Positions 39,991 through 52,762 of a stretch of 64,000 nt of DNA are shown here, piece by piece. Numbering within the stretch: the first letter of the stretch is position 1; each line of letters begins with the position of its first letter. This stretch comes from Azolla caroliniana (Eukaryota > Plantae > Polypodiophyta), in assembly GCA_043228905.1 (NCBI GenBank), contig JBHGNT010000021.1:11718001-11782000 (forward strand). Reading direction: 5' to 3'. The notes under the pieces are model-generated. The model saw nothing but the letters and a program-made list of their open reading frames with translations. It was not told where the DNA came from and did not search any database. A program made the translations under genes and the position numbers.

Positions 39991-41514
39991 CTTTGAGTGG
40001 GGTGAAGAGGGGACGAGATCCCATGTCTTATTCTTGTAGAGTTCTTGCATCTCCTCATCCATTGCTTCGACCCATCGCAGGTCCTTCATGGCTTCGGAAA
40101 ATGTTTCCGACTCTCAGACTGTCACCACCTTCATCATGAATACATAATGATATGCCATGTAGTCATTGTAGCGAAATCGGTTGACTACATTCTTCTCTCG
40201 GGTGGAGCGCTTTCATTTGTCCTGCTTCGGACTCGGCCTTGACGTGCTTTGGTCGTTCTGAGCTCCTGTGGTCCACTCAACCTGGTTGAGATTGGAATTT
40301 CCTCTATTGTGAGCCTCAATCGATCACCCTCCTCGAGTCTATATCAAAGTTGGTTTAGATCGGATCGGATGGAGTTGAGTTAGTTGTGTACCAAGACACT
40401 GATTTGTCAAATACGACATCCCTACTCACTCATACCTTCTTGGTAGAGGGGTTGAAGCACTTATACCCTTTTTGTTCGAGTGAGTACCCCAGAAGAATAC
40501 ATTTCTCTGACTTAGGATCAAGCTTCTACCACTTCTCATAGGGAATATGTACAAATGTGATAGAGTCGAATATCCTTACGTGGGATAGATCTGTCTTCTT
40601 TCAATAGAATTTCTCGTAGGGGGTGACATTGTGCACTTCGGATGTTGTGCATCGATTCATGAGATAGACAGTCGTGTTCGCTACTTCAGCCCAGTATGAT
40701 TTCAGCAATGTTTCTCATTCATTAGTCATGTTCACTACTTCAGCCTGTCGAATTCCTTCTTGTCGAAGGTATGTTATGAATGCATCAGAGAAATACTCAT
40801 TGCCGCCATCCGATCGAAGGCATCGAACATGCCGACCGGTTGCCTTTTCGACTTTGTGTTTGAATTTTTGGAAGTGCGAGAACACCAATCTTTTGCCGCA
40901 TTGGGAATATCTAGGTGTGACTAGAGAAGTCATCGATGAACGCCACATAGTACCGACAACCTCCGAATGTTGTCGTTTGGGTTATTCCCCATAGATTTGA
41001 ATGTACTACATCCAGGATCCCTTGGCTTACGTTTATCTCTTTTGAGAACAGTTGTCACTGTTGTTTACTTAATGGGCAGGCTTCGCATACGCCTGCAATC
41101 TCCGTCTCGGTAAAGATTTGGAGTTCGATGATGACTCCTTTCGACTTCATTCCTTTGAGCTTCTGGAGATTAATGTGGGCAATCCTTTTGTGCCTTAACT
41201 CTATGTCGATGTCGGCGTTATGGCCCTTGGAAAACATTGCCGATTTCATGTCGTGAGAGTCGAGGATGAACATTCGGCCTTCTCTCCATCCACGAGTGAT
41301 TGTTCAGCCTTCCTTTTCGATGAAGCATCCTCCGTCATTGAACTGAACTTGCATGCCTTGTTCCACAATTTGGCCAACCGAGACCAGGTTCTTCGTTATT
41401 GTTGGAACATGCAGGACGTTGCCCTCTTCGCCGAATGGGACATTACCAACATGTAGAATGGGGTGAATTGTGTCATCGCTAGTTTCCACATAGCCGAGTC
41501 ATTCAAGCTTTCAT

Positions 41515-41811
41515 CGGGGACGCACAAGCGCCCCTATTATAAGTCGGGTAACAACCAGGGAGGTAGAGAGCACCGCGTCTAGCATGGATTCTGACTTAGA
41601 GGCGTTCAGTCATAATCCTACACATGGTAGCTTCGTGCCATTGGCTTTTCAACCAACCGCAATGACCAATTATGTGAATCAATGGTTCCTGTTGTACTAA
41701 GTTGAATTAATATTGCGGCACCACTCGTCAGTAGGGTAAAACTAACCTGTCTCACGATGGTCTAAACCTAGCTCACGTTCCCTATTGGTGGGTGAAAAAT
41801 CCAGCACTTGG
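41515..41811 (-). rRNA. Degenerate 25S/26S rRNA 3'-region fragment (not a functional gene) inserted in copia protease region
   Basis: rc reads CCAAGTGCTGGATTTTTCACCCACCAATAGGGAACGTGAGCTAGGTTTAGACC..GTGAGACAGGTTAGTTTTACCCTACTGA...GGATTATGACTGAACGCCTCTAAGTCAGAATCC, conserved eukaryotic LSU sequence. Confidence 0.95.
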
Positions 41812-42185
41812 AACCAATACTTATGAGACGTGATGTGATTGGATGCCTCTAAGTCGACAAACTATACATTTTCCAAATTTGAGGTGCTTGTTTGGCATGA
41901 TGCCGTCATTGAATTCATCGAATTCACTCTATGCCACATCATGAACATTCTGCTACGATCGTCGTAGTCGGAGTTTGAGGCATAGTTGGTGAGTTGTCGG
42001 CTTGTGAAGGTCGGCTCACTCTTCTTCTTCCGACACTTTGCCTCGTAATGGCCGAATTTGCATAGTATTTGCACTAGACAGAGTTGTTTTGCTGGTTGGG
42101 TCCGACATGATTCCTCCCCCATCTTCCAGACACTCCCCATCATACGTTTGAAACGTCTTGCTAGTAGTAGAAGTTCTGTTCGCGT

Positions 42186-43217
42186 TGTCGTGAAGATTTT
42201 CAGCAATGGTGTGAAAATCGCATAAAACATACGAAATCTAGTATGAATAATATAAAACAATAATAGTGAAAATACTATTTTACATAAGTTTAATATCTTA
42301 GTACAAAAAGATGGAGGTCTTCAAGAGCTTTCGAATGCACTTTACTACATAAGAAACGGAAATCTAAGTCTCAAGTTATTTGGGTAGGAAGTTTGCAAAG
42401 GAAAAGAGAAAGATAAAACTATGAGATATCCCACATAGACAGGGCAAATACGAATCTCACCATATATAAGGTAGAGCAAAAGCTGTTATCTTTGTGTCTA
42501 TGTGTGGAGCATAGAGAGTTCAAGGGGACTTGAACTAACCTACTTGGATGAGTTGGTGTGGCCTAGCTACTTGTAAAAGTTTTTGGCCAACCAAAACTGG
42601 CGGTGGAGCCGGTGAGCCGGTGGTAACTAGCGGCGGCAACTGTGCATAAAAGAAAAAGATGTAAGCAAGACTTGAACTTTGCACCTCCAAGATAAGAAGC
42701 AATAGGCTTACCATTAAGCCAAATCATTTCTTTAGGGATTATATTTTTATCATTACAACTTTACATGTAAATTGTCATATTAGAGCTTGATTGAGTGACA
42801 TGTGATGCATGAGTGCTAAATGGCAAACATGCATCACATGCATTCCATGCATTCCATGCATTCCATGCATTGTATGCATGTCTTGTACCCTCACATGCAT
42901 CATATGCATGGGAGCATCTATAAAAGGGTGGATGAAAAAGATCAGAGGGGAGCGATGTATTAATCAAGAAATTAAAAGTAAGAAATTCGTTATCTAATTG
43001 ATGTATCAATCTTGTTCTTCAAATCTAAAGTCAAGAGTTCAATATTAATCTCTCTCAATCTAAAGTCAAGCGTTCTATCTTATCTCAAGCTCTCTCTCTC
43101 TTTCAATCTATCTGAAATACTTTCTCGCTAAAGCTTGTGCAAACTTCGAATCCTTCCGGTCCAGAACCCCGGCGGTTCCGCCTCATGATCCACACGTAGT
43201 GACGGATCTTCACGACA
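42186..43217 (+). mobile_element. Gypsy-family solo LTR (1032 bp)
   Basis: 12-bp terminal inverted repeat TGTCGTGAAGAT...ATCTTCACGACA; imperfect 4-bp TSD GCGT/ACGG; TATAAAA 42919-42925; interrupts copia gag. Confidence 0.88.
42658..42728 (-). other. tRNA-like Pol III (A/B box) sequence inside LTR
   Basis: rc TGGCTTAATGGTAAGCC...TTGGAGGTGCAAAGTTCAAGTC; aligns with 31577-31650. Confidence 0.65.
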
Positions 43218-44377
43218 ACGGGGTTGCTCTTGGTTGTGGTGACCTTGACCGAATCAGCCTCTTCTTCCACGATGTTGCCCTCTTCCTCCATGAAAATTGG
43301 AATAGAGCATGTGTCCTTCTTGCACATTGCTTCTTGTCCGAACATGATTTTCTTCGACCAGTAGCATCAACTAGAGATCGAAGAAGGAGGGAGGATTCTC
43401 CCTCGCAAGGACGGCTAACCTTATTGCATCGAACCGAGGCACTAAGCTGCCAAGGCATATCTCCACCATTTCATCGTCGTCAATGTTGACATTGATCGAC
43501 CCGAGGACATTTCATAGCTCCTTGATCTTCAAGGTGTAGCTGCCGATTGATATGTCCCTCTGTTGAATATTGTTCCACTCTTGATGGAGTTGAAGCTTTC
43601 GTACGATCGTGTTGGCCATGAATATCTTTTTGAGATTCCCCCACACGTCTTTTGGCGTTTTGGCTTCTCGAATATAGCCAAGCATATGACCATGAAGGCA
43701 TGATGCAAGGCAATACAACACACGACTCGTTGCTTACTCCCAAGTTGGATGGTTGACATGTGTGGGCTTGGGTTGATTTTCTTGTGCTCCTTTAATATAA
43801 CCCCAATAACCTTGGTCGACAAGGTATTGCCGCATCTTATACTCTCAAAATGCAAAGTTGTTTCTGTCGAGTTTCTCAGTAGGAAGAGCGCTTCCCATCT
43901 GAGTATTCATGTTGACTAATTGTATTCAGTGAGTTTTGTTCTTCATCATCTCTTGATACGAGTTGTGTAGGTTGCTGCAATAGTGATCGACTGGTTCTTC
44001 GTGAACATAGGCTTACACACAACACACATGGATGGGCTTGGATTAGGCTTCCAATTGCTCTGATACCATGTAAAGAATCAGATATGATTTTGTGCAGCGG
44101 AAGGGATATGTGTGTGTGTGTGAGAGAGAGACAGACAAATAGACAAATAGACAGACTATATAGAAAACAAGAAAACTGTATTAACAAGAACAAGATAGAC
44201 ATACTTTATAGAAAACAAGAAAAACTGTATTAACAAGAACAAGAATGAACCAGTCGTTACAAAGAGAAGGAGAAGGTGCTTATGTAGTCACCTTCTCTCT
44301 ATGTTCTCTCACTACAACATCTCTTACAAAACGGTGGCGACTTAACTAACTACCTACTAGATATGTGTCATAGAACA

Positions 44378-46267
44378 CATTTGCACTCAATCGTCTCGAA
44401 TTTAGAATGTAGTGTTGTTGGGAGATGATGATGCCATTCGGGGTCCAAATTACTTCAATGCCAAGGAAGTAATGGAGCTCCTTCATGTCTTTCAGTTGGA
44501 ATTGGATGAAGAGGAGCTTCCTGATGTTATTGATATTGGTAACATGCTCTCCTCCAATGACCAAATCGTCAGCCTATATGATAATGAATAAGTGTCCTCT
44601 AGAGTCGCTCTGGGTGGACAGGGAATTGTCAGTCTTGGACATTTTGAAGTTGATTGATGAACATGTTGCATTATCATCGAGTGTTATGCTCTGGGCACCT
44701 ACCCAAGGTTGTAGAGAGGCTTTTTCAGTTGGCAGTTAGATGTGTACTTGACTTGAAGTCGGGTGGTCGTACCATGTCTCATTCGCCTTGAAGAAAGGCG
44801 TTCTTTACATCCATTTGATGGAGGTGCCACCTTTTTGTTGCTGCAATTGCAATCACAGTCTAAATGGTAGTAATCTTTGCCTCCAGGGAAAAGATCTCTT
44901 CATAATCGACCCCATGAATTTGTGCATGTAGCCTTTTGCAATAAGGCGGGCTTTATATCGATCGATCTAGCAACAACCGATTTCTTTTGGTGAGGTGACG
45001 GAGGGACAAGGTTCCAAGTTTCATTCTTGTCGAGAGCTTGCATTTCCTCATTCATCTCTTCGACCCATCGTGGATCCTGAGCGGCTTCGGCAAAACATTT
45101 AGGCTCATGGACAGTCGTCACCTTTATCATAAATGCATAGTGATATGCCATATAATCGTTATGTCAGAGTTTCTCATTGGTTCTTGCAAGTACTTTCTTC
45201 ACTCTGGATGTCCTTGTAATGGGCACGTCAAACTCAGCATACTCACTGTCTAGTGAGTGAGCCAACTCATTTTCATAGGATTCATATTCTGGCATTTTGT
45301 TCTTCCCTTTGTCCAATTTCGAACTTGGTCATGACATGGTTTGATCGCTTGGAGGCTCTTGAGGTCCACTCAAATTGGTTGAGATTGGACTTTCTTTAGG
45401 TGTAGGCCTCAACTAATCATCCTCCAAGTCTATGTCTAGATTAGCTTCAATCGGTTCGGGTGGAGTCAGCTTAGGTTCGTACCATGATGTCGATTCGTCA
45501 AAGATCACATACCCACTCACATGAACTTTTTGGGTAGATGGGTTAAAGCATTTGTACTCCTTTTGCTCAAGTGAGTACCCCACGAGGATCCATATTTTTG
45601 ATTTTGGATCAAGCATTTGCCGCTTCTCATCAGGGATGTGCACAAATGCAATCAAGCCAAATATCTTGACATGTGATAAGTCCGTCTTTTTCCCAAAGTA
45701 TTTTTAATGGAGGATAATGTCATGCTCGCCAAATGTTGTGCACTAGGTCATGAGGTAGACAACATAGCATGCTGCTTCGGCCCAGTAATATTTCGGCCGG
45801 TTCTTCTCATTCATCATGGCCCGTGCTACCTCGAGGATGTGCCGATTCTTCCGTTTAGCTACTCCATTTGGTTGAACTGTGTGCCAGCAAGTAAACTCCT
45901 GCAGAATTCCTTCTTGTCGAAGGTATGCCGTGAAGGCAGTATTCTTTACCTCTGTCCAATAGAAGATATCGTACATGCCGGCCGGTTGCCTTTCCGACTC
46001 CGCTTTTAAATATTTGGATTTGTAAGAACATTTCACTAGGTGTCTCTAGAAAAATCATTGATGAATGTGAGGTAATATGGGCATCTTCTGAATGTTGTTG
46101 TATGAGTTGGACCCCACATATCTGAGTAGATTACGTCCAGGAGGCCTTTGGTTACATTTCTTTCTTTCGGAAACAGTTGCTAATGTTGTTTGTTGAATTG
46201 ATAGATTGCATATACACCTTCAATCTCGTTATTCTTGAACGTGAAGAGTTTGATGATGACTCCTTTT
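44378..46267 (-). mobile_element. Ty1/copia internal fragment (INT-RT)
   Basis: QPNGVAKRKNRHILEVARAMM, EEMNEEMQALDKNETWNLVP, LKDMKELHYFLGIEV. Confidence 0.9.
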
Positions 46268-46925
46268 TGTCAAAGTTAATACGCGGAAGCTTTGACAAAC
46301 CAGTTTATCCGGATAGCAATAGAAACATAGAATGATGGTTTAATAGACGCTTAAAAATAGAGAATACATAGGAGAGACAAAGAGAGCAGCAAGCATGAAC
46401 TCAATTCAAAATAATAACATTATGTACATACTGTGTCCTATATAACACCTTTTATACAAGTCCTTAAAAGGACTGACAAAAGTACTGACAGGTACTTCAA
46501 TGCTCATACGAGCGACTGACACTGACTCCCAAAAATATGCCTACTTACTAGGCTAGATTCATAGGCCTCTAACGGCCTACCGATTACAATCCGATCCGGC
46601 TCCTAATTCCGGATACCATTTGCACACCGATCTGGTTCTCCGTTTCAGATACCGATCTGGCTATGGATTATTCAGCCGATCTGGATCCGGGGGAGCTTGT
46701 TCGCTCAACACTCCCCCTCAAGCTCAATTTGAGGTCGGATCATTGTGTCGGTGTCAGTGTCTACCGGTCTTTCCCTCCGGCTCCTCCTGGCATCTTCCCG
46801 CCTGGCTCGCGCTCCTTGTCCGGTGTTGTTCGTCTTCCCGCGACCCATCCGGTTCCGTGCATATCGAACCTTCTCAGTCAGCTTGTTTTCTCCTTCAGCC
46901 CTTATCAGCTCCCTTGTTGTCATGT
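46268..46925 (-). mobile_element. Copia 3' LTR (46268-46710), PPT and 3' internal region
   Basis: rc homologous to 36420-37065; PPT rc ctccccctc 46711-46719. Confidence 0.9.
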
Positions 46926-49240
46926 TTTCGTGAAGATTTCAGGCCATAAGGGGAAACATAGCCAAATGTGTGTGAATGCAGGCGTGGCACAAGTGCACCC
47001 CCCTTTTGTACTAAGATGTGTAAATACTAAGTAATGATAGGGTTTTGGTGATTACTAGGAAGTTAGGCTTTAATAGATGCTTTAATATCACGTAGGTGGA
47101 GAAGAATAAAGGGGGGATAATGGGAGAAAATCAAGAAGAGAATCTTGGGGGGATAACGAAAGGTCATTAAACCTAATGTAACGGTCATCCCTTACGCTAT
47201 AAAAGGGGCGGCCCAGACTGTTTTAGGGGATGTTGGAGGAGAAGATAACTTTGTCATTCAGAGTACCAAAGCTCTCTCTCTTTATCTCTCTCTGATTACG
47301 ATCGACGACTGAAACTCAGGAAGGTGCATCCTCTGCTCGCGTCAGACGCCCGCGTGCTCCCGACAAGAGAATCATCACTCTGTGTGTGTTTACTATAGAG
47401 CTCAAAGCTCTGTTCTCAGCTCAGACCGGTTGTACCGCCCACATGGACACAAAGTACAAGATTGTGAACCGGAAGGTGAGGACAATCACGACTCCCTTGC
47501 CGAAGGGCAGTTGGGAATGAATAAAGGGGGTCGCTACCAACTTGAGCTTGCGAGATCTGGTCGGCATAGGACACCGATTCACCGACAAGATGCTACGAGA
47601 ATTGAAGATCGGTGGGGGTGGCTTCCTACTGCCGGCGGAAGAGGACCAATTCAGAAGAATGCTTGAGAGGCATGGAAAAGCCTTCACATTCTCGCACGGA
47701 GAGATCAGGTGCATTGACCCGACCATTGTCAAACCGATGGTAATATTCATGGTACCGCACATGTCATGGAGTCTCAAGCTGATTCAGGTACCGAGAGTTC
47801 ACATCCCGAAGTTGATGGAGCTATTGAAGCAGAAGGTTGAGATGGGTATGCTCGAGCCGTTGAGTGCCTCTTAGTCAAATCGGTGGGTTACAATACCAAA
47901 GACGAACGGCTCACTGCACTTCATTTAGGACTTGCAACCGGTCAATAAAGTGACCATTCGCAATACGAGAGTCGGGCCGTCAATCGACGAATTCACGGAA
48001 GCCTTTTCCAGAATATCCATATACTCGGAGTACAACCAATTCCAACTAGTTGTCGAAAGCAAGGACATTACGATGATGCGAACTCCTCTTAGCCTAGTTC
48101 GGGTGTGTACCCTACCGCAAGGAGGGACCAATTTGGTGGTGCACATGGTGAATGCGATGAACAAAGTATTGAGGGACTGCATCCCGGACATCACCATACC
48201 ATTCCTGGGCAACATTCCTATCAAGGGGTGTCTGGAGGACACAAAGGACGAGTTGATCGGGGCAAACGGATGCCGAAGGTTTGTCGCGGACCATATTTCC
48301 GTCTGCCAGAAGATATTGTAGAGGCTTGAGGGTGCTCAACTTACCTTATCCAGGGAGAAGTCAACTTTCGGGCAATCGGAGATCTTAGTGGTCGAAAACC
48401 GTCCCCATCAAAGGTAGAGGCCATCTCGGCCATGAAAGAAGAGTGCGGATCCGTCACGGAGGTCCGATGGTTCTTGGGAGCATGCGCATTCTACCATATC
48501 TGGATTCCGCACTATGCGCATATCACCGAGCCACTCTACGGCTTGCTAAAGAAAGGCAAGAAATACGAATGGGGCGAAGAACACGCGGAGGCAGTGCAGA
48601 CACTAAAGGAAATGTTGATGGCTGCACCGCCTCTACGGAAAGCCATATACAAATTGGACACTCCGGTTTACATCACAGTGGATACCAGCCTGATTGGAAT
48701 CAGATGGGTCATAAATCAGGAAGATGAGAACGACGCGCGTTTTCCCATCCGGTTCTGTGCGAAGGTGCTGAACGAGCAGCAACGAGGATACACCCAAGTC
48801 AAGCGCGAACTATGGGGCATCCTTTCGGTGGTTATGGTCGACAAGGACTACTCAATCAGGACAGAAGTGATTATAGAAACGGACTGCCTAGCGATTCTCG
48901 GTATGGTTTTCGAATGCGCAATTCCAGATTTGGCGATGCTTAGATGGATTGCGTACATCAAGTTCCTGAACCCGGAAATACCATAAATTTCCAAAAAGGA
49001 CAATGCCATGGCCAAAATGCTTTCAAGAGAGAGGTTCGAGAATGAGGACGACATGATTTCGGAAAACGAAGAAGTCGGTGCGGACTTCTTCAAATCGGCC
49101 TGGATGAAGGGAAACAGGCGATGCACTCCGCCCCTGAACGAGTTCGACGAGAACGACTACGATGGGGAGTGGCTTCTAATCAGAAGATTCCTAAGCACGA
49201 TGACAGTGGACGGGTCATGGACAAGGGAGGAAGCGAGTCG
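46926..49240 (+). mobile_element. Internally deleted Ty3/gypsy element (partial LTR fused to RT-RNase H)
   Basis: LTR start t(t)tcgtgaagatttcaggcc; RT DLQPVNKVTIRN/LPQGGTN, RH ITVDTS/ELWGI/IETDC; same family as 61481-64000. Confidence 0.88.
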
Positions 49241-52200
49241 TGTTTGCCGGCAAGGCCAAAGGGCAGGTTAGAGTCTAGAGTGTGAAAGGGGTATTTAATT
49301 AGGGATAGGGTGTTATAATTAATAAGTATTATGTTATTTTGAGAAGCGGGCGGACGGACCCAGAATGGGTATGCCGATTCGGATCCAGACTGGATCGTTG
49401 CCGGTTGCCGGTTGACACCGGTTTGTAACTTAGCCGGAGACCTATAAAAGAACCTAGCAAGAATGTAATCAGGGATGGATAATTAATAGAAGCGTTATTG
49501 TTTTACGTATTGTTTAGTGTCTATTTGGTTACCATCTTGTGCTTGATATAATTAATCTAACGCTGTGTTACGATCATTAATAATGCCGGTTAGTAACCAG
49601 TTAAGACCCATTTGAGACCACGGTCCATCCATATCTCACCGTACCACCCTTTGGTGAAGTATTCCATAGGGACACCCTATGTTAGGCCTTGTCCAGCCTA
49701 AAGGATAACACAGTTTTTGGCGACCACGACTGCTGTAGTGAGCAAAGAACACCGGGGGATGTATGTCTCGACCGACTAACGACCAAGTCACCAAACGAGG
49801 AAGAAGACTAGCTGGGAGACATCAAAGGCCGGAAACCTTCCAACAAGTAGCCGAGGAGATCCGACAGGATCGGTCTTTTCCCAGAGTGCTTCGGAGGTTC
49901 GTGGAAGAAGCACTTCGGTTCCAAAAACAACAACTTTCTGACGAGGGCAGTGGTCTAACGAGCCTACAAGAGGCATAATCGCAATTGTAGACGCTTGCCG
50001 AAGACAACGAAGACTCGGATCGGATGGCTCACTAACACCACCCGCAGAGAAAGCGGAAAACCGCACACAAGAACTAGACCACACATCTCCGGTACAACCT
50101 TCCGAAGACTACACCATGCCGTACCTGTATCCGAAGTACCTGATGACCTTGACGCCGAGGCACACGTCTATGCATTCCTACAAACATGGGAAGCGAATCA
50201 TGTGTCCCAAACGCTGACCGAACCAGAAGCCGAACGATCAAAAATTGCCGAATTCGGCATGATATTAGAGTGACCGGCGGCCCACTAGCACACAAAGCAC
50301 CTACCCGAAAACTTTGCCACATTTGAGGCCTTGAAAACAAAATTCCTCCGACTATTCCATAGGCAAGTGGAACAACGCAAACTGGTCGGTCAGTTTTACA
50401 CAACCCACCAAGAGGAGCAGGAGATGGTGCCCCAAATTATCATCCGGTTTCAAACACTACACAACCAGTTAGCAAGGGCACCTCCAGAGGAGGAGGTGAA
50501 AGCAGTGTTTCTGGCCGCTCTACGGGAACCCCTCCAAACGATGTGAGGGGTACTAGATTTCCAGGCCAACATAATGGATCAACTCATCGATCGGGTGCTG
50601 GAAATGGATAAACATAGCTCCCTGATGACGATGGGAGCCCTGCAAAGGGCCCTTCCAAATAAGGAGGATCTCAGGTTTCGCCAAGTGTTGCAATGCACAA
50701 CGTGTCTAAACCCGGGCCATTCGACGGTAGACCGCACAATAAGGACATAGTGTATGATTTGCCACTCACGAGCACACACAACGGACCGATGCGAGTACAA
50801 TCTGATCAACTGACAAGCAGCAGTGGTGCGGATCATTGAACCAGGTAGCAGTCACGAACCGGATGACGAACGGTTCCGGAGGGAGGAATGATACCGACCA
50901 GAATGTGGGGATCAGTACAATGATAGAAGACATGACGACTATGGGCGCGATCGCGATGACCGACGCAGGAAAGGCTACAACCGAGATCGGTATGAACAAG
51001 ACTACTCCCCGGATTACGACAGGAGAAGAGATGCTTATAACCGGGACCCGTATGATAGGAACCAAAATTATAACGGTAACTGGTATGGTCGCGATTACTC
51101 TCCAAGCTACAACCAGAGGTGGGATGACCAACGAGGAGACTACGAAGACCGGTACCGGTAGTGTTACAAGAACAACAGACGCTTTATTAAGAAACGGAAC
51201 TTTCGGAAAGAGGGTCGTCGGGAGCCGGCAAAGGAGTACCAACGAGAACCAGATAGAGGCATAAGTAGCGCCCAACCGGAACAAAGAAGAACAAAAGAAC
51301 CTAACCGAGCGGTAACGGGATTTCAACCGGGTACCGGGCCAAAAGTTGAATCTAGCCATACCTAGAAGGCGTATTGTTACTATTGCCTCCAAGAAGGCCA
51401 TTACAGCAACCAATGTCCAGTTAAAAGTAACGAAAAACGATCGGTAGTCAATATTGTGGTAGCAGAAGTAGCGGATATACAACAAGTCACCACCAGATCA
51501 AAAGGAAAGACGATGGAGTGGGAAGCACAGGAGGGCATACGAAAACAGACCATCGAATGGATTGAAAAGGCGAACGAACGCAACATCACCAAAATGAAAG
51601 AGCACATGAATGCAATGGAGGAACTCCCCGTAAAGGCACAACCGGAGAACCCCACATGGAAAGCACTTCAGGAATGCCAAATCACGTTACCATTGGGCCG
51701 GTTACTACAACTAGTGCCCCAGTTCACCGATGGGTTGAAATTGGCATTGGTTGTGTTAAGTCCTGCACTAGCTCCGGCTTTCTTTTCAAATCCGGAGGAA
51801 GGACCGGCAGTGGTGGACACCAAGAGTCCGGCAATCATTGTGATTATTAAAGGACGGGAGCTACCGGGTACGATAGTCGATGGCGGATCAAGAGTAAACG
51901 TGATAAGCCTCAAGACATGTGACACTTTGGGAATTCCGGAGTGGGAACCATGCCCATTCTGGCTCTGGATGGCGGACACCAGCTCAGTCTGACCGGCCGG
52001 CTTGATCCGAGACTTGGAGGTGACGATCGGAGGCCATGCTTTCCAAATTTCTATGATAGTCCTCCAACTGAACACTCAAGGGGCATACCCGCTACTACTG
52101 GGATGACCATGGCTGAGGACTACCCGTATCAAACAGAACTAGCAGAAGAACAATATTACGTTTCGAAGAGGGAAAACGAAAGTAAGGGTACCCACGCAAT

Positions 52201-52727
52201 CGCAAGTAGGCCCCTACAAAGACGTAACCCCACTATATGCCGAAAGCGTGAACATGCGGGCAGGACTGCCCGACGAGGAGGTGGATTGCTACCTTGAAAA
52301 GAAACCAAGGATAGTCCCTCTGTTTGAAGTGGACATGAAAGAAGTGGTATCTCCATACATCGTGCAGACGGAAGAGGTCGGCGGGGAACCGGATAAGGAT
52401 GCAATCCGGGAACTACGGCAAGCATAGGAAGCCTTGGAATGGGAAATGCCGGTATCCTAACGAGTAAAGGCGTCCCTACTAGAAGAAGTAAATTTGGGCA
52501 CCGGAGAGGAAGCACGTCCGGTACACGTGGCCAAGGAGATGTCACCGGAAGACAAATCAGCAATGATAACATTATTAAAAGAATTCCGAGACGTTGTCGT
52601 GTTGTTACGTGCGTGTGTGGAGAAAGGCGGGACCACGGGGGTCTTGGACTAGGGAGTGACGGAGCGTAGGAAGTCGTACTTCACCGTTTCCGGGGCATCC
52701 CAGAAGCACACCGGAAGCAACCGAAGG

Positions 52728-52762
<35 letters not shown>

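Larger units (their letters stand above)
39991..44377 (-). mobile_element. Ty1/copia element, 5' portion (5' LTR ~44069-44377, iMet PBS, gag, PR, INT, RT start)
   Basis: PBS rc gctctgatacca 44057-44068; gag YIREAKTPKDVW; KFGHYEAKC; LRSDGGNEY; AMDEEMQELYKNKTWDLVP. Confidence 0.9.

Noticed and set aside
41515-41811. Functional rRNA gene or rDNA array
   Set aside because: Short, mutated fragment embedded in a retroelement, with no other rDNA parts.
50766-51485. 239-aa hydrophobic minus-strand ORF and 142-aa Thr-rich ORF
   Set aside because: Shadow frames of the R/D/Y-rich gag tract.
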